Shown here piece after piece: positions 17,953 through 19,019 of a stretch of 19,019 nt of DNA. A program made the translations under genes and the position numbers. Origin of the DNA: Candidatus Bipolaricaulota bacterium (lineage in GTDB: Bacteria > Bipolaricaulota > Bipolaricaulia > UBA7950 > UBA9294); the NCBI GenBank assembly GCA_040752575.1, contig JBFMGK010000026.1:1-19019 (forward strand). The letters are read 5' to 3'. The stretch's first letter is position 1. Each line of letters starts with the position of its first letter. Under the pieces are notes generated by a model. That model ran no database searches. It saw only the letters and a program-made list of their open reading frames with translations, and was not told the origin of the DNA.

Positions 17953-18954
17953 CTAGGGGTTCTTCCTCTCCCACGTGATGCCGCTGTACAAGATGGCGGA
18001 CGCCTGCTCAACGATGTCCGCCGGGAAGACGAGGCCGATGCGCCCCGCCGCATCCAGATTCAGGTGCACCTCGGCCCGCGGCTGGTACGTCACCGGGATC
18101 TCATCGGGCCGCTTGCCGCCGAGGATCTGCAACACAACGTCGCCGACGGTGAGTCCGTGCTCGTAGTAGTCGAACCCCGCGGCCAGCGTTGCCCGCGGCA
18201 GGCTCGTGGGATCCGCCATCAAGAACGGGACTTTCGCGCTCTCCGACGCCGCGAGGACAGCGTCGATCGCCGAGACGACCGTGTTGTCCGTCGTTACGTA
18301 GTACGCGTCCACCCGTCCGACGAGCGACTGCGCCGCCAGCGATACGTTGGCCGAGGAGTCGGCCGTTGCCGTGACGATCTGCAGTCCCAGGTCGCCGGCC
18401 GCGGCGATCGCCATGTCGGTCAGGATGGCGGAATTGGCCTCGCCCGGGTTGTAGACCATGCCGATCCTCCGGACTCCGGCGGCCACGTCGCGCAGTAGTT
18501 CGAGGTGCGCCTTCACGGGAATCATGTCCGAGACGCCAGTCACACTGCCGTTTCCCGACGGGTCGGTCGCGTGGGGCACAAGGCCCGCCCCCACCGGATC
18601 GGTCACGGCGCCGTACACGACGGGCGTCGCTGTTCCCTCGAACGCGAGGGCTACCGCCTGAGCCATCGGAGTCGCAATGGCCACCACGAGGTCGACGCCG
18701 CGCCCGAGGTAGTCCTGCGCGATCGCCGTGGCCACGCTCATGTCCCCTTGTGCGCTGGCAAGGCGGTACTCGACGTCTACGCCTTCCTCGTACCCGGCGA
18801 GCGACAGCGCGGCGATGACGCCTTGTTCTACGGCATCGAGCGCGGGATGCTCGACGATCTTGCAGATCCCGATTTGGATCGGCGCACTCGCCGCTCCCAA
18901 CGCCAGCCCGACAACGACCAAGACTCCCAATACGCCCGAAATCATGTTTCTCAC
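17953..18954 (-). CDS. ABC transporter substrate-binding protein (ABC_sub_bind, aromatic amino acid-type)
   Basis: GTG after GAAGGGAG. Signal peptide, then IVEHPALD, AQGD, AIATP.AQ, AVTDPVGAGLV, VTGVSD, YNPGEANS and TDNTVVS motifs. Confidence 0.92.
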   Translation of the reverse strand: MRNMISGVLGVLVVVGLALGAASAPIQIGICKIVEHPALDAVEQGVIAALSLAGYEEGVDVEYRLASAQGDMSVATAIAQDYLGRGVDLVVAIATPMAQAVALAFEGTATPVVYGAVTDPVGAGLVPHATDPSGNGSVTGVSDMIPVKAHLELLRDVAAGVRRIGMVYNPGEANSAILTDMAIAAAGDLGLQIVTATADSSANVSLAAQSLVGRVDAYYVTTDNTVVSAIDAVLAASESAKVPFLMADPTSLPRATLAAGFDYYEHGLTVGDVVLQILGGKRPDEIPVTYQPRAEVHLNLDAAGRIGLVFPADIVEQASAILYSGITWERKNP

Positions 18955-18980
18955 GCGAACTCCCTTCCGTGTATCCTTCG

Positions 18981-19002
18981 GGCGGGCTCGCCGGAGCCCG
19001 CC
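18981..19002 (-). promoter_or_regulatory. Perfect hairpin in the leader of the ABC operon
   Basis: GGCGGGCTC / GAGCCCGCC form a 9-bp stem with a 4-nt loop, 26 nt upstream of the GTG start. Confidence 0.4.
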
Positions 19003-19019
19003 GTGGGTGTATATCTCTT

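Overview
GC-rich, densely coded bacterial window. No RNA genes, CRISPR arrays or mobile elements were recognisable by eye. The left part (1-5969) holds a 5'-truncated MMPL/RND membrane protein converging on two tandem paralogous secreted proteins that resemble TatT, the TPR-like T-component of TPAT/TRAP systems. No TRAP P/Q/M genes lie in the window. Both paralogs carry a C-x7/8-C-x2-C-x2-C cysteine cluster. They are transcribed divergently from a small single-cluster ferredoxin and a patatin-like phospholipase. The middle part (5981-16252, + strand) is a tightly packed run: EamA/DMT permease, ahcY (with an HxExK signature), S41 carboxy-terminal protease, gpsA, a geranylgeranyl-reductase-family flavoprotein, an O-antigen-ligase-like protein with C-terminal TPRs, and secA. 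The right part (- strand) is a three-gene ABC importer of the putative Trp/Tyr type. The best candidate for an undescribed system is the MMPL + orphan Cys-rich TatT-like pair + ferredoxin/patatin locus, possibly handling lipids or other hydrophobic ligands. All family calls come from motif recognition by eye, not database searches.
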